DNA from: Mobula birostris
Taxonomy: Eukaryota
Direction: 5' to 3'
Length of the DNA: 64,000 nt
Assembly (NCBI RefSeq): GCF_030028105.1
Contig: NC_092377.1
Coordinates: 5,089,079-5,153,078 of the forward strand
Shown piece by piece: positions 50,691-61,699 of this stretch; positions within the stretch are counted from its first letter, which is position 1; each line of letters opens with the position of its first letter. The translations under genes were made by a program, and so were the position numbers. The notes below the pieces were generated by a model that saw only the letters and a list, made by a program, of their open reading frames with translations, was not told the origin of the DNA and did not search any database.

Positions 50691-52240
50691 GTCTATTAAC
50701 ACTGAACCGATTGCACAAACTATGGACTCACATCCAAGAACTCTACGACTCCTGTTCGCAGTGATATTTATTTACAGTGGATTCCGGTTCATTAGATCAC
50801 ATTGGCATCAGTACATTTTGGCTCAATTCAGTGCTTTCCCCATTAGCTGAAGTTTCAAGGAAATTATTAAAACTGTATAGAAAATACCTTCATATTTCCT
50901 CAATTGATGAAGTCATGAAATCATTTCATTTTCACTCCCAGACATTTCTGGCATCTCCAATCTGACTGGTCCTGCAGCTTATTTCTCACACTATCGGTGA
51001 TAAAAGTCACCGCTTTCTGAACACAAACATGCAACTGACACTCTCTTAAAACTATTCTCTTGAAGCATTGCATAGTGTCTACCAGCCACACAAGCGCACA
51101 CGACTGACCCCGGTTAGAAACTGTTCGGCAACAGTCCCCTGTCCCATGAAGTGGCATATTGTCCAAATAAATGAAGGGAATTCTGACCATTTTCACAATC
51201 AGATTTTGTTCTTCAAGTGTTGTTCCAAATAAGTGGTTACCCCAATTACCTGATGTCCCAATTCACCGGAATCCACTTTATTTATTTATTTATTAATAAG
51301 TGCTTTTTTTTTGTGTTGGTTTGTCTGTAGTTTTTCACTGATTGAATTGTATTTCGTTGTTCTTCTCTGAAAGCCTGCAAGAAAATGAATCTCAGTATTT
51401 TATATGGTGACATATGTGTATTGGATAATAAATTTACTTTGAAATTTGAGTGCACAAGTTGAGATATTATGTTGCAGTTGTAAATAACCATAAGAGCATG
51501 AGACACAGGAGCAGAATTAGGCCACTCAGCCCATCAAGTCTAAACAGCTGATTTGAAGTTGCAGAAAGAGGTTGGAATCTGAAATGTGAAAACTCAGATC
51601 ATCCAGCACACTCAGGGATCGGCTGGTATTGGAGTGTCAGATCTTCCAGAGTCACAGAGTCATATACCACGACAGCATAGGAACAGGCCCTTCGGTCCGT
51701 CTAGCTCTGGTGTTCTGTGTCGTCCCATCGACCTGATCTCCATAGATCTCTCATTTTACTCTCTTCATGCTCAAACTCGCTTTTAAATCACATTTCAAAG
51801 AAAGGTGTTTAAGTAAACATAAAAGATGTTTCAATGTCATTAATCTGGTCAGATTGTCAGGGTGTGGGGGAAACTGAAAGGGAGCTCAGGAACCGGAGAT
51901 CTGGGTGAGTGGACGGGGAAGGTGACAAACTTCACCTGGTGAACCAGGTGGAGAACCAAGGGAAGATGGTGGATTATTGAGCTGTTTCTGAATATTCTGT
52001 AATTTTTTTTACTTTTCTGCATTCACGGGATGTTGATGTCACTGGAAATGCTGATATTTATTCTCCATCCCTACGTACCCCTCAGCTCGGCAGGCAGTGA
52101 TTTTTTATCCACATTAAGTTTGGACCACCCTTTATAAACTTGTAATAACACCTGTTTCTGTAAAACTGAATATACAATATCATCATTACTCATTGATACA
52201 GGGACGTGACTGGAAAACAGAACCAACATGAAGTACTCAC

Positions 52241-52603
52241 TGATCACATTCAGCTGGGTTCCCTTTCCAAAGACCGTTCCCCGAATGCCACTGATGTAAA
52301 GTCTAGAGTCGGTGAGCTTCACGTTGCTGATGGTCAGTGAGTAGCTGTTAGTGGTGACATTCCTGGAAAGCTGAAATCGATCGGAGAAGCCCCGTGATCT
52401 GTAAACATGGCCATTACTGTAAAGACTAAGTACAAATCCTTTATCTGTCAGTTTATTGCGTGAGTTGTACCAGTGTACATTGTATTGATCCACAGTGTAT
52501 TCCACGTTGTCACTCTGCAGGTCACACTGTATCTGCACCGTTCCAGCTTCACGCACCTTCACAACTCCTGGTGATTGGATCAGGACTGTACCTGCATTTA
52601 CAC
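52241..52603 (-). CDS. Exon V1: germline V-J-joined IgV domain (open frame, second Cys->Ser)
   Basis: 363 nt phase 1-1; GVNAGTVLIQSPG..IQC..VHWY..FSDRFQLS..YSLTISNVKLTDSRLYISGIRGTVFGKGTQLNVI + GTGAGT. Confidence 0.9.
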
Positions 52604-53530
52604 CTGTGGGCAGTAAACTACTGAAGGTCAGAAAAGAGCTGGACCCAGGGGATACCATGTCAGTGTCAAACGGGTCCAGGGTAGAATGGGACTGGCCGCA
52701 GGTGGTGACCAGTTGGCACCGATGTGCTGACGGACTGAACTGTGGGATGGAGACAGGCCTGAAGAACAAACAGGGGCTGAGGGTGAGAGAGTCATGGACT
52801 TATACAACACAGAAATGGGCCGTTCTGCCAAACATGTCCCTTCTCACCAGATATTTATCTGAACTGGTCCTATCTCCTTGTGTTGGACCCATAATCCCTC
52901 TAAGGTTTACTATCCAGGTTCTTGTTCTCATGTGTTTTAATTGTTGTAATTGTACCCCCTCTACCACTTCCTCAAACAGCTTGTTCCATATACTCACTTC
53001 CCTGCTTCCTCAACACTACCTGCCCATCCACCTATCTTCATACCGTCCACAAAGCTACCCAAAGAGCCATTAATTTTCATCATCTAAATCACTGACATAC
53101 AATATAAACAGACCCCTGTGGAACAGCATTAGTCCAAAAAGGATCCCTTTATTCCCACTCTTTGCCTTCTCCCAATCAGCCAATGCTAATATCTTTCCTG
53201 TAATGCCTGGGCTCTTATCATTCTTTAGCAACCTTATCAAAAAGTAAAAATCCAAGTACTGATCCAAGAATCACCGATTCTTCTCTGTCTATCCTGGTTC
53301 TTATTTCTTCAAAGAAATTCCAGCAGATTTTTCAGGCAAGATTTTCTCTGGAGGAAACCATGCTGACTGCAGCCTGTTTTATCATGTGCCTCCCAGTACC
53401 CCCAGACCTAATCCTTAATAATCGACTCCAACATCTTCCCAACCACTGAGTTCAGACTAACTGGCCAATAGTTTCATTTCTTCTGCCTCTCTCACTTCTT
53501 GAAGAGTGGAGTGCTCATCCAAGAGACTCT

Positions 53531-53747
53531 GATGGCTTTGCTTTGAAATGAAGGCAGAATTATGTCTGAGCAGAAGGTTGGATTAAGGGATGGTTTCTGT
53601 CTGTGAAAAGAGGTAAGGGAAAACGGGATGAGTAGTGTGGGTGTGTAGCATTTAGGCAGGGCATGTTCACATGGTCCTGTAGGAAGCAGGTGTTGGACAA
53701 AGAGGCTGGAAGATCTGACCCCATCTGGTGTGATGGGTTAAACCCTA
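53531..53747. promoter_or_regulatory. Duplicated non-coding segment upstream of V1 (paralog of 32386-32602)
   Basis: See 32386-32602; lies ~0.9 kb 5' of the V1 exon. Confidence 0.4.
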
Positions 53748-54259
53748 AGACAACAATGTTCAAGCAAACCTCTCACTGCCCTGTGTGTCCTGTACATGGC
53801 CTCCAGTGAACTGATTTTCTGCCCAGGTTCCTCTCTGTGCAACAGATGCAGGGGAACATGAGAAAAGAAGCAACTGGAGGGCATTTGTCCCCTCATGCTG
53901 ACCCTGCTGTTCAGTGACATCATGGCTGATGTGTGAACATATTGTACTTTATCCCTAACATTTGTTCAGCTTCATATGCAAAACTATATTGATGTCTGTT
54001 GAATTTACTGAGTGCCTTTGTCTGAAAATCTCGGGGTTCAGGCACAGAGTACCCTAAGACAGTATAGGATGGTGAAGACAGTGTTTAGCACGTTTGTCTT
54101 CATCGACTAGGGTATGGAGTGCAAGAGTTGGAAGGTCGTGTAACAAGATGCCAGTGAGACCACACGTGGACAAATTGTACAGATTTGGTCATCATCTAGT
54201 CAGGTCATTATACGGAGCTTGAACAGCAGCCAATCGGAGCTGAGAGGTGAAAAGTAAGG

Positions 54260-54700
54260 GTAAATACAAAAGTCTGCAGGTGCTGGAAATCCAGAGAAAC
54301 ACACACAAAATACTGGAGGAACTCAGCAATCGAGGCAGCATCTATGGAGAGGTATAAACAGTCGACATTTTGGACCAAGACCCTTCATCAGGTCTGAAAA
54401 GGAAGGGAGAATGCACCAGAATAAAAGATAGAACATGACAGGTGAAGGCAGGCAGGTGGGAATGGTAAAGGGCTGGGGATGAAGGAGTCTGATAGGAGAG
54501 GAGAGTGAACCACAGGAAAGAGGGAAGGAGGAGGTAATAGGCAGGTGGGAAGAGGTGAAGACCAAAGTGGTGAATAGAAGAAGAGGGGAGGGGGAGAGAA
54601 TTTTTTTTACCAGAAGGAGAAATCTATATTCGTGCCATCATGTTGGAGGCTACCCAGACAGTATGTAAGGTGTTGCTCCTTCACCCTGAGGTGGAGGAGT
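54260..54700 (-). mobile_element. Penelope-like element 3' end
   Basis: Reverse complement of 30380-30880 type. Confidence 0.65.
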
Positions 54701-56390
54701 AAAATAAAGGTGACTCCACCCAGGTCAAGGAGGGAGCTTCAAAAATTTGGGCTTCACAGCCATTTTTTACTTTGGCCCTGACTTCATTTATCAGCCACGG
54801 TAGTGTCCTTCTTCCATTTGAAAATGTCTTATTATTTGGAATATATGTCTTTCACTTCCCTCATTTTCTGCAGAATCTCCAGATATTGCTGCTCTGCTGT
54901 CCTTCTTGCTAGTATCCTTTCCAGTTGACTTCAGCCAGCTCCCTTCCCATGCCAATATAATATTGTTTATTCTACTGAATACTGACACACTGGCATTTAG
55001 TTTCTCCTTCTCAAATTTCAAAGTGAACTCAATCATATTGTGATCACTCTTTCCTAAGGGTTCCCTAACCTTAAGCTCTCTTATCACCCCTGGATCCCTG
55101 TACAATGCCCAATCCAGCACAGCTGATCCCCTAGTGGGCTGAACAACAAACTGTTCTAAAAAGCCAACCCTTAGACATTCTAAAGATTCTCTCTCCTGAG
55201 GTCCAGTACTGGCCTGGTTTTCCCAATCCACTTTCATGTTGAAATAGCCAATGGTTATCATGACATTGCTCTTCTGACATGCCTTGTCTATCTACCTCTG
55301 TAATTTGTAATCCACATCCCAGCTGCTGTTTGGAGGCCCTGTATACAACTGCCATTAGGGTCCTTTTACCCTTGCCATTTCTTAACTCAACCTACAGAAA
55401 CTCTACACCTTCCTATCCTATGTCATCCCTTTCTAATTATTTAAAATTATTTCTTATACACAGGGCCACACTGCCTACTAACCTATCTAACCTATCTTTC
55501 TGATGGCAGCCATCCTTTAGTCAAGTTTCAGAGATGGCCACAACGTCATACTTACCAATCTGTAGCTGAATTTCAAGGTCGTTCATTTTATTTCTTATGC
55601 TGCGTGCATTCAAATATAACACTTTCAGTCCAGTATTTGTTGCTTTCTGTTTTAACTGCGCTACACCTCTATTGCCCTGTAACGCATCCCACTGGCTGTG
55701 ATTATGCCTCATCTCCTGCCTGTCCTTTCTATCATCTCGGTTGCACGTTATCTTTGATTTATTTCTGTTTTCCTGTTCCTCAGCCCGATCACTCTGCTTT
55801 CCATCTCCCTGCCAAATGAGTTTAAACCCTCCCTAACAGCTCTTTTAAACCTGCCTGCTGGAATCTTGGAGCCCTTCGGGTTCAGGTTTAAAATGTCCTT
55901 TTTGTACAGGTTGTAGAGGCCCCAGTGATCCGGGAACCCAAAGCCCTGCTCCCTAGACCAGTCTCTCAGCGACACATTAATATGCCTAATCATGCTTTTC
56001 TTGTGCTTATTAGCATGTGGCACAGGCAGCAATCCTGGGATTACTACCCTGGAGGTCCTGCTTTTCAACTTCCTGCAGAACTACCTGAATTCTCTCTTCA
56101 GGACCTCCTCCCTTTTTGTACCTATGTCATTGGTGCCAGCATGTACCGAGACTTCTGGCTGTTCACCCTCTCCCCTCAGAATACTCTGTACTCGATCCAA
56201 GACAACCCGTACCCTGGCACCTGGGAGGCAACACACCATGCGGGTATCTCTATCAGGCTGACAGAACTTCCTGTCTGTTCCCCTCACCATCGAATCCCCT
56301 ATGACTACCTCATTCCTCATCTTCTTCTCTCCTTTCTGCACCACGGAAACAGGCCAGAGATCCGTGGTGAGGTCAATAGTCTATGGTAGC
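54700..56390 (-). mobile_element. CR1 5' part (ORF1 esterase + APE)
   Basis: VIGDSMVRG..CCLPGARV..HAGTNDIG; VLYLNARSIRNK; SDHNMIEF. Confidence 0.87.
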
Positions 56391-57070
56391 CCATGGTGTT
56401 GTCCAACACTCCGGTAATTTTGCTCGGTATACACAGCACCAAATCAATTTATGATGTCAAAGTCAAATTTATCATCAAACACACAGTCCAGGTGTGTACA
56501 GGGGGAAATGACAAATTACTTGTAGTTGCACCACTGGTACAGAGCACCAGATAAACAGCATTCACAAGAAACACAAACATAAATACACAAAATCTAATCA
56601 AACATTTGCATTTGCTTTCCTCACCACTGACTCAGCCTACAAGTTAACCTTTAGGAAATCCTGAAGTAGGATTCCCAAGTCACTTTGCAACTTTTGATTT
56701 TTGAATTTGCTCCCCATTTACTCCTTCAACAAAAACGTGATGAACATACACTTCCCCACACTGTTTTCCATCTGCCACTTGTTTGTCCATTCTCCCAATC
56801 TGACCAAGTCTTTTTGCAGACTCCTTGTTTCCCCAACACTGCCTGTCCCTCCACCTATCTTTCTATCACCCACTTCTCATCACTACCATCAAGGAGGAGG
56901 GACAAGAGCCTGAAGACGCACACTCAATGTTTTCAAAACAGTTTCTTTCCCTCTGCCATCAGATTTTTGAACAGTCTATGAATGCTTGAACACAATCTTA
57001 TTATTTCTCTTTCACATTATGTATTAATTATTAATTTGTAACAAAGTAATTTTTGTACATTGCACTGTAC

Positions 57071-57939
57071 CGTGACGGGGTCCTGAATTACCCCTATGAA
57101 CTGCTCGATTACCCCTATGAACTGTACTTGATTACCCCTATGAACTGTGCTTTTGAAAAGAGAGAGAGAGAGTTATTTAACACTGACTTGTTGTTTTGAA
57201 AGAGAGAGAGAGAGAGAGAGATGAAGACTGCTCACAGGTTGTTTATGCTTTCTCCAAGGACATCGCCTGCTTGTATTCTTCCACAGACAGAGGAGGGAGG
57301 AGTTATTTGAGAGACAGTTGGTGCTTAGCATGGGAAGATAAAATAGCAGGTCAGATGATATAGACTGGAGACACATGTTTTGGACACTGAATAAGCTTTG
57401 TTGTGTCCACAGAAAAAGTGGGTTTTTGGAGGATCGATCAGGCAGATCAATCAGTCCCTCTTGCAGTGAGAAAAGGGATTGACTGGTGGGGAGTTGTCCG
57501 TATGTCCACCCTCGCCTGGGGGATAGCTCCACCACAGAAAACCAGTCCCCTTTGTTGAAGTCACAGTCGGTGACTTTTAAAGGATTTCGGAGGACAACGA
57601 GAAGATCGACGAAGTCAGCTCATCTGAAGATTCAAATCTCTCTCTCTCCATCACTACTCAACTCAATACCATGAACTGAACTGAACTTTACTCATCATCG
57701 TAAGACTGTATCTTTTTACCCCTAGACTTGAAGAAACTTGGTTTTTCACATATATTTCCACACTTACTGATTTACTTACTTATATATATCATCATCATTG
57801 CTAACCTGTTTGATTTATCTACATTTATATTACTGTATTGCATAGTTACTAATAAATATTATAGATTAATAGCAATACTGGACTCCAAAGTGTTTTCCAT
57901 CTCTGCTGGTTCTTTATTCCCATCACAGGGTACGTGACA
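57071..57939 (+). mobile_element. Solo LTR with (GA)n tracts
   Basis: Ends GGGTACGTGACA; flanked by GTAC (57067-57070, 57940-57943); splits a LINE 3' tail; 5' terminal few bases appear missing. Confidence 0.8.
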
Positions 57940-57999
57940 GTACTGCTACCACAGAGAAACAAATTTCACTAAGTGTGTCAGTGATAATAACCCTGTTTA

Positions 58000-58470
58000 G
58001 AAACATAGAATCATAGAAAACCTACAGCACAATACAGGTCCTTCAGCCCACAAAGCTGTGCCGAACATGTCCTTACCTTAGAACTACCTCGGCTTACCCA
58101 TAGCCCTCTATTTTTCTAAGCTTCATGTATCCATTCAGGAGTCTCAAAAAAGACTCTATCGTTTCCGCCTCCACCACCATCACCGGCAGCCCATTCCACG
58201 CACTCACCACTCTCTGCGTAAAAAACTTACCCCTGACATTTACTCTGTACCTTCTTCCAAGCACCTTAAAACTATGCCTTCATGTGCTAGCCATTTCAGC
58301 CCTGGGAAAAAGCCTCTGACTATCCACACAATCAATGCCTCTCATCATCTTATACACCTCTATCAGGTCACCTCTCATCCTCCGTCGCTCCAAGGAGAAA
58401 AGGCCAAGTTCACTCAACCTATTCTCATAAGGCATGCTCCCCAATCCAGGCAACATACCTGTAATTCTTG
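58000..58470 (-). mobile_element. CR1 3' end
   Basis: Colinear with 21675-22130. Confidence 0.85.
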
Positions 58471-59149
58471 ATTGAATACATCAGGACTGTATTCCTTAGA
58501 ATGTAGAAGACTGAGAGGAGTTTTTATGGAGGCATAAAAAATTAGAAGGGGTATAGGCAAGATAAATGCAAGCAGGCTTTTTCCATTAAGGTTGGGTGGG
58601 ACTACTACACATGTCATGGGTTAAAGGTGAAAAGTAGAAAGCTTCAGAGGAACATGAGGGGAAACTTCTTCCTTCAGAGTGTCATGAGAGTGTGGAATGA
58701 GCTGCCAGCACAAGTGGTGAATGCCAGCTCGTTGTCAGCATTTAAGAGAGGTTTAGAGAGGTGCATGGATAGTTGGGATATGGACTCTGGGCTCTGATCC
58801 CAGAGCAGATCGATGGAGTAGGCAGTTTAAATCATTTTGGCATGGACTAGATGGCCCGATGGGCCTGTTTCTGTGCTGTACTTTCTATGACTCAATGAAA
58901 GGAATTGTCGATGTTTCATATTGAAACCCTGCATCAGGACTGAGAGGGGAGATGACCAGTTTAAAGGGAAGACGAGGAGTGGTGAGGAAGGATACTGAGT
59001 TGATAGGTGGACTGAGGTGGGATGTAAGATAATGCCAGCGAGGGATGTGAGCGGGATGTGGAGCTGGAGGAGACTGTCAGGTGAATGATAGATGAAGGCA
59101 GACAGAGAGAGAGCCTGGTGTGGGGAGGGGATTGTGAAGGCAGGAGACA

Positions 59150-60980
59150 GCTGCTGGAGTGAGGTGATTCTGGAGGGGGTGGAGTTTGCATTACTGATCA
59201 GAGACAAAATCACAGCTACACTCACAGGGGACAGAATGGAGGGCTCATCCACTGAGTCTGTATGTGTAGAACAGAAAAATGTGAAAGGTCCAATCACTGT
59301 GATAGGGTTATACCACACACCCACATCCCCAGTAGTCATTGGGGCATTAAGGAACAAATACACAGGTTGATCAGATAGGTTTTAAAAACAACGGAGTTGT
59401 TGTCGTGGGAGTCTTCAAATTCCCCAATGTGGACTGGGAGTTCAATTCTGCAAGAGATTTAGACAGGGCAGAATTTATCAGGTGTCTGCAGGAGGGGTTT
59501 CTAGGTTGGTATGTAGATAATCCAATGAAGGAAGGGCTGTATTGAACTTGGTGTCGGGTAATGAGCTGGCCAGATAACGATACGAGGGATAGCAGTGAAA
59601 ATGAGCCTGATGTTGGAGGACGTAGGGGACATTGTTAATGATTGTATTGCCTCAGTATTCATCAGGGAGAGGGAAATGACGTCCATGAGGACAGTGTTAA
59701 GCAGACTGATATATATGCAAAAAGATAGGTCTGGTCTGTGGGTTGAGATTGTAAATTTGATAGAGGTGGATTTTGATGGTATCAGAAATTATCTGGAATG
59801 GGACAGGTTGTTTTCTGGAAATGGTGTGCTTGGTAAGTGGGAGGCCTACAAAAGTAAAATTTTGAGAGTACAAAGCTTGTATGTGCCTTTCAGAATAAAA
59901 GGTAAAGAGAGCAAGTGTTGTGAACCTTGTTTTCCAAGAAATATTGAGCCTGGTAAAGAAAATAAAAGGAGGTGCATAACAGGTTTCGGCGAATAGGAAC
60001 AAATGAACTTCTTATGGAGTACAAGAAATGCAAATGAACCCTTAATAAAGGAATCAGGAGGACTGAATGAAGATGTGAGGTTGCCCAGCAGATAAGGTGA
60101 AGGAGAATCCTGGGGGACTCTACAGATATGTTAAGAGCACAAGAATTGCAGGGGACAAAATAGGTGCTCTGAAATATCAGAAAGGTAATCCATGTGTGGA
60201 GCACAATCTTTATTTACTCAAGAGGTGGACACAGTTTCTATTGAAAAATGGCAAAATGGCATCAACTCCACTTGATGTCCTGAGGCAAATCAGGGTGGAT
60301 TAATCCCCTGGGCCTGACAAGCAGTTCCTTCAAACCCAAGAGGAAGCAAGTGCAGAAGTGTTGGGACACTAGCAGAGATATTTCAGACATCTAGAGCAGC
60401 AGGGGAGATACCAGAGTATTGGAGGACAGCCACTTTTGTTCCACTGTTTACGAAAGGATCTAAACATAAACCAGGAAATTATATGCCAGTGATTCTGACA
60501 TCAGCAGCGGGAAAGTTATTGGAAAGTATTCTATGGGACGGGATATATAAATATTTGGATGGATATGGACATTAAGGATAGCCAGCATGGCTTTGTACAT
60601 GGTAGGTTGTGTCTAACCAATCTTATAGAGTTTTTTGAGGAAATTAGCAGGGAAGTGGATGAAGTGGATTAAAATGTATGTTGTCTACATGGTCTTTAGC
60701 AAGGCATTTGACAAGATCCCGCAGGGAAGATTGGTCAATAAGTTTCAATTGCTTGATATTCAGGATGAAGTAGTAAATTGGATTAGATCTTGGCTTTGTG
60801 GGAGAACCAAAAAGTGGGAGTAGATGGTTGCCTCCTTGACTGGAGGTCTGTGATTAGTGGAATGCCACAATGATCTGTGCTAAGTCCATTACTCTTTGTC
60901 ATCTATATCAAAGAGCTGGATGATAATGTGGTTAACTGGAACAGCAAATTTGTCGATGATACTGAGATTAGGTGTGTGGT
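59150..60980 (+). mobile_element. CR1 ORF2 (APE to RT), degraded and internally deleted
   Basis: FSKAFDKIPQGRL and linker motifs. Confidence 0.78.
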
Positions 60981-60984
60981 GTAG

Positions 60985-61371
60985 TTTTTGCCAGGATTCT
61001 GACTCAACAGCAGTTGGACCTTCCAGATATAGGTGTATTTTTACTACAATCAGTTCCGACACCTTGACTGCACAGAGGTCTCCAAAATTAGATCTCCATT
61101 TAACCAATTATGTGACTTCTAAAACCAATTGGTTGCACCAGGGATGACTTAGTGTGTTATATTAAAGGGTGGTGAATACTTACGCAATCAATTATTTTGT
61201 GTTTTATATTTGTAATTAATTTAGGTCACTTTGGAGAGACTTGTTTTCACTTTAACATGAAAGAGTCCTTTTCTGCTGATCAGTGTCAAAAAAAGCCAAA
61301 TTAAATCTATGCTGTAAAACATTAAAGTATGTCAACTTCCAAGGGGGGAATAATTTTTATAGGCACTATAT
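60985..61371 (+). mobile_element. Tc1-like DNA transposon 3' end with TIR
   Basis: Ends AAGGGGG(T)GAATAATTTTTATAGGCACT followed by TA repeats; internal GGTGAATACTTA repeat. Confidence 0.65.
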
Positions 61372-61699
61372 ATATAGTTAAATTTAAATAAATTAAATTG
61401 TGTAAACTAAAAAAAGTAATGAGGAAGTGTTCATGGCTACAATGTCCATTCAAAAATCTAATTTCAGAGGAAAACAAGCCGTTCCTGAATCATTGAGTCT
61501 GTGCCTTCAGGCTCCTGCACCTCCTTCCTACTGGTGGCAATGAGAAGAGAGCATGTCCTGCGTGACGGGGGTTCTTAATTATGGATGCCATCTTTTTGAG
61601 GATTCACTCTTTCAAGGTGTCCTGGGTGCCTGGGAGTCTATTGTCCCTGATGGAGCTGACTGAATTCACAAAACTCTGCAGCTTATTATGATCCTATAT

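Larger units (their letters stand above)
45361..52603 (-). pseudogene. Non-rearranging IgSF receptor gene: V1J-linker-V2J-TM-cytoplasmic ITAM (probable pseudogene copy)
   Basis: Six exons with canonical AG/GT sites and matching phases (1-1-1-1-0-0); lesions at 52290-52292, 49847-49849, 48455-48457; leader exon not located. Confidence 0.75.

Noticed and set aside
35951-52603. Rearranging TCR-gamma or Ig light-chain V segments
   Set aside because: Each V runs in frame into an FGxGT-like J strand and splice donor in one exon; no RSS follows the YxC motif and no separate J or C exons were seen
52604-52769. Intronless leader from in-frame ATG (MVSPGSSSFLTFSSLLPT)
   Set aside because: Weakly hydrophobic, coincides with the polypyrimidine tract and AG acceptor, and the ATG is GTG in the paralog; not fully excluded
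52495-53073. 192-aa plus-strand ORF
   Set aside because: Antisense shadow of the V1 exon plus CR1 fragment
53756-53800. Plus-strand leader-like ATGTTCAAG...TACATGG
   Set aside because: Hydrophobic stretch is out of frame with the ATG, there is no GT donor, and it is on the wrong strand for V1
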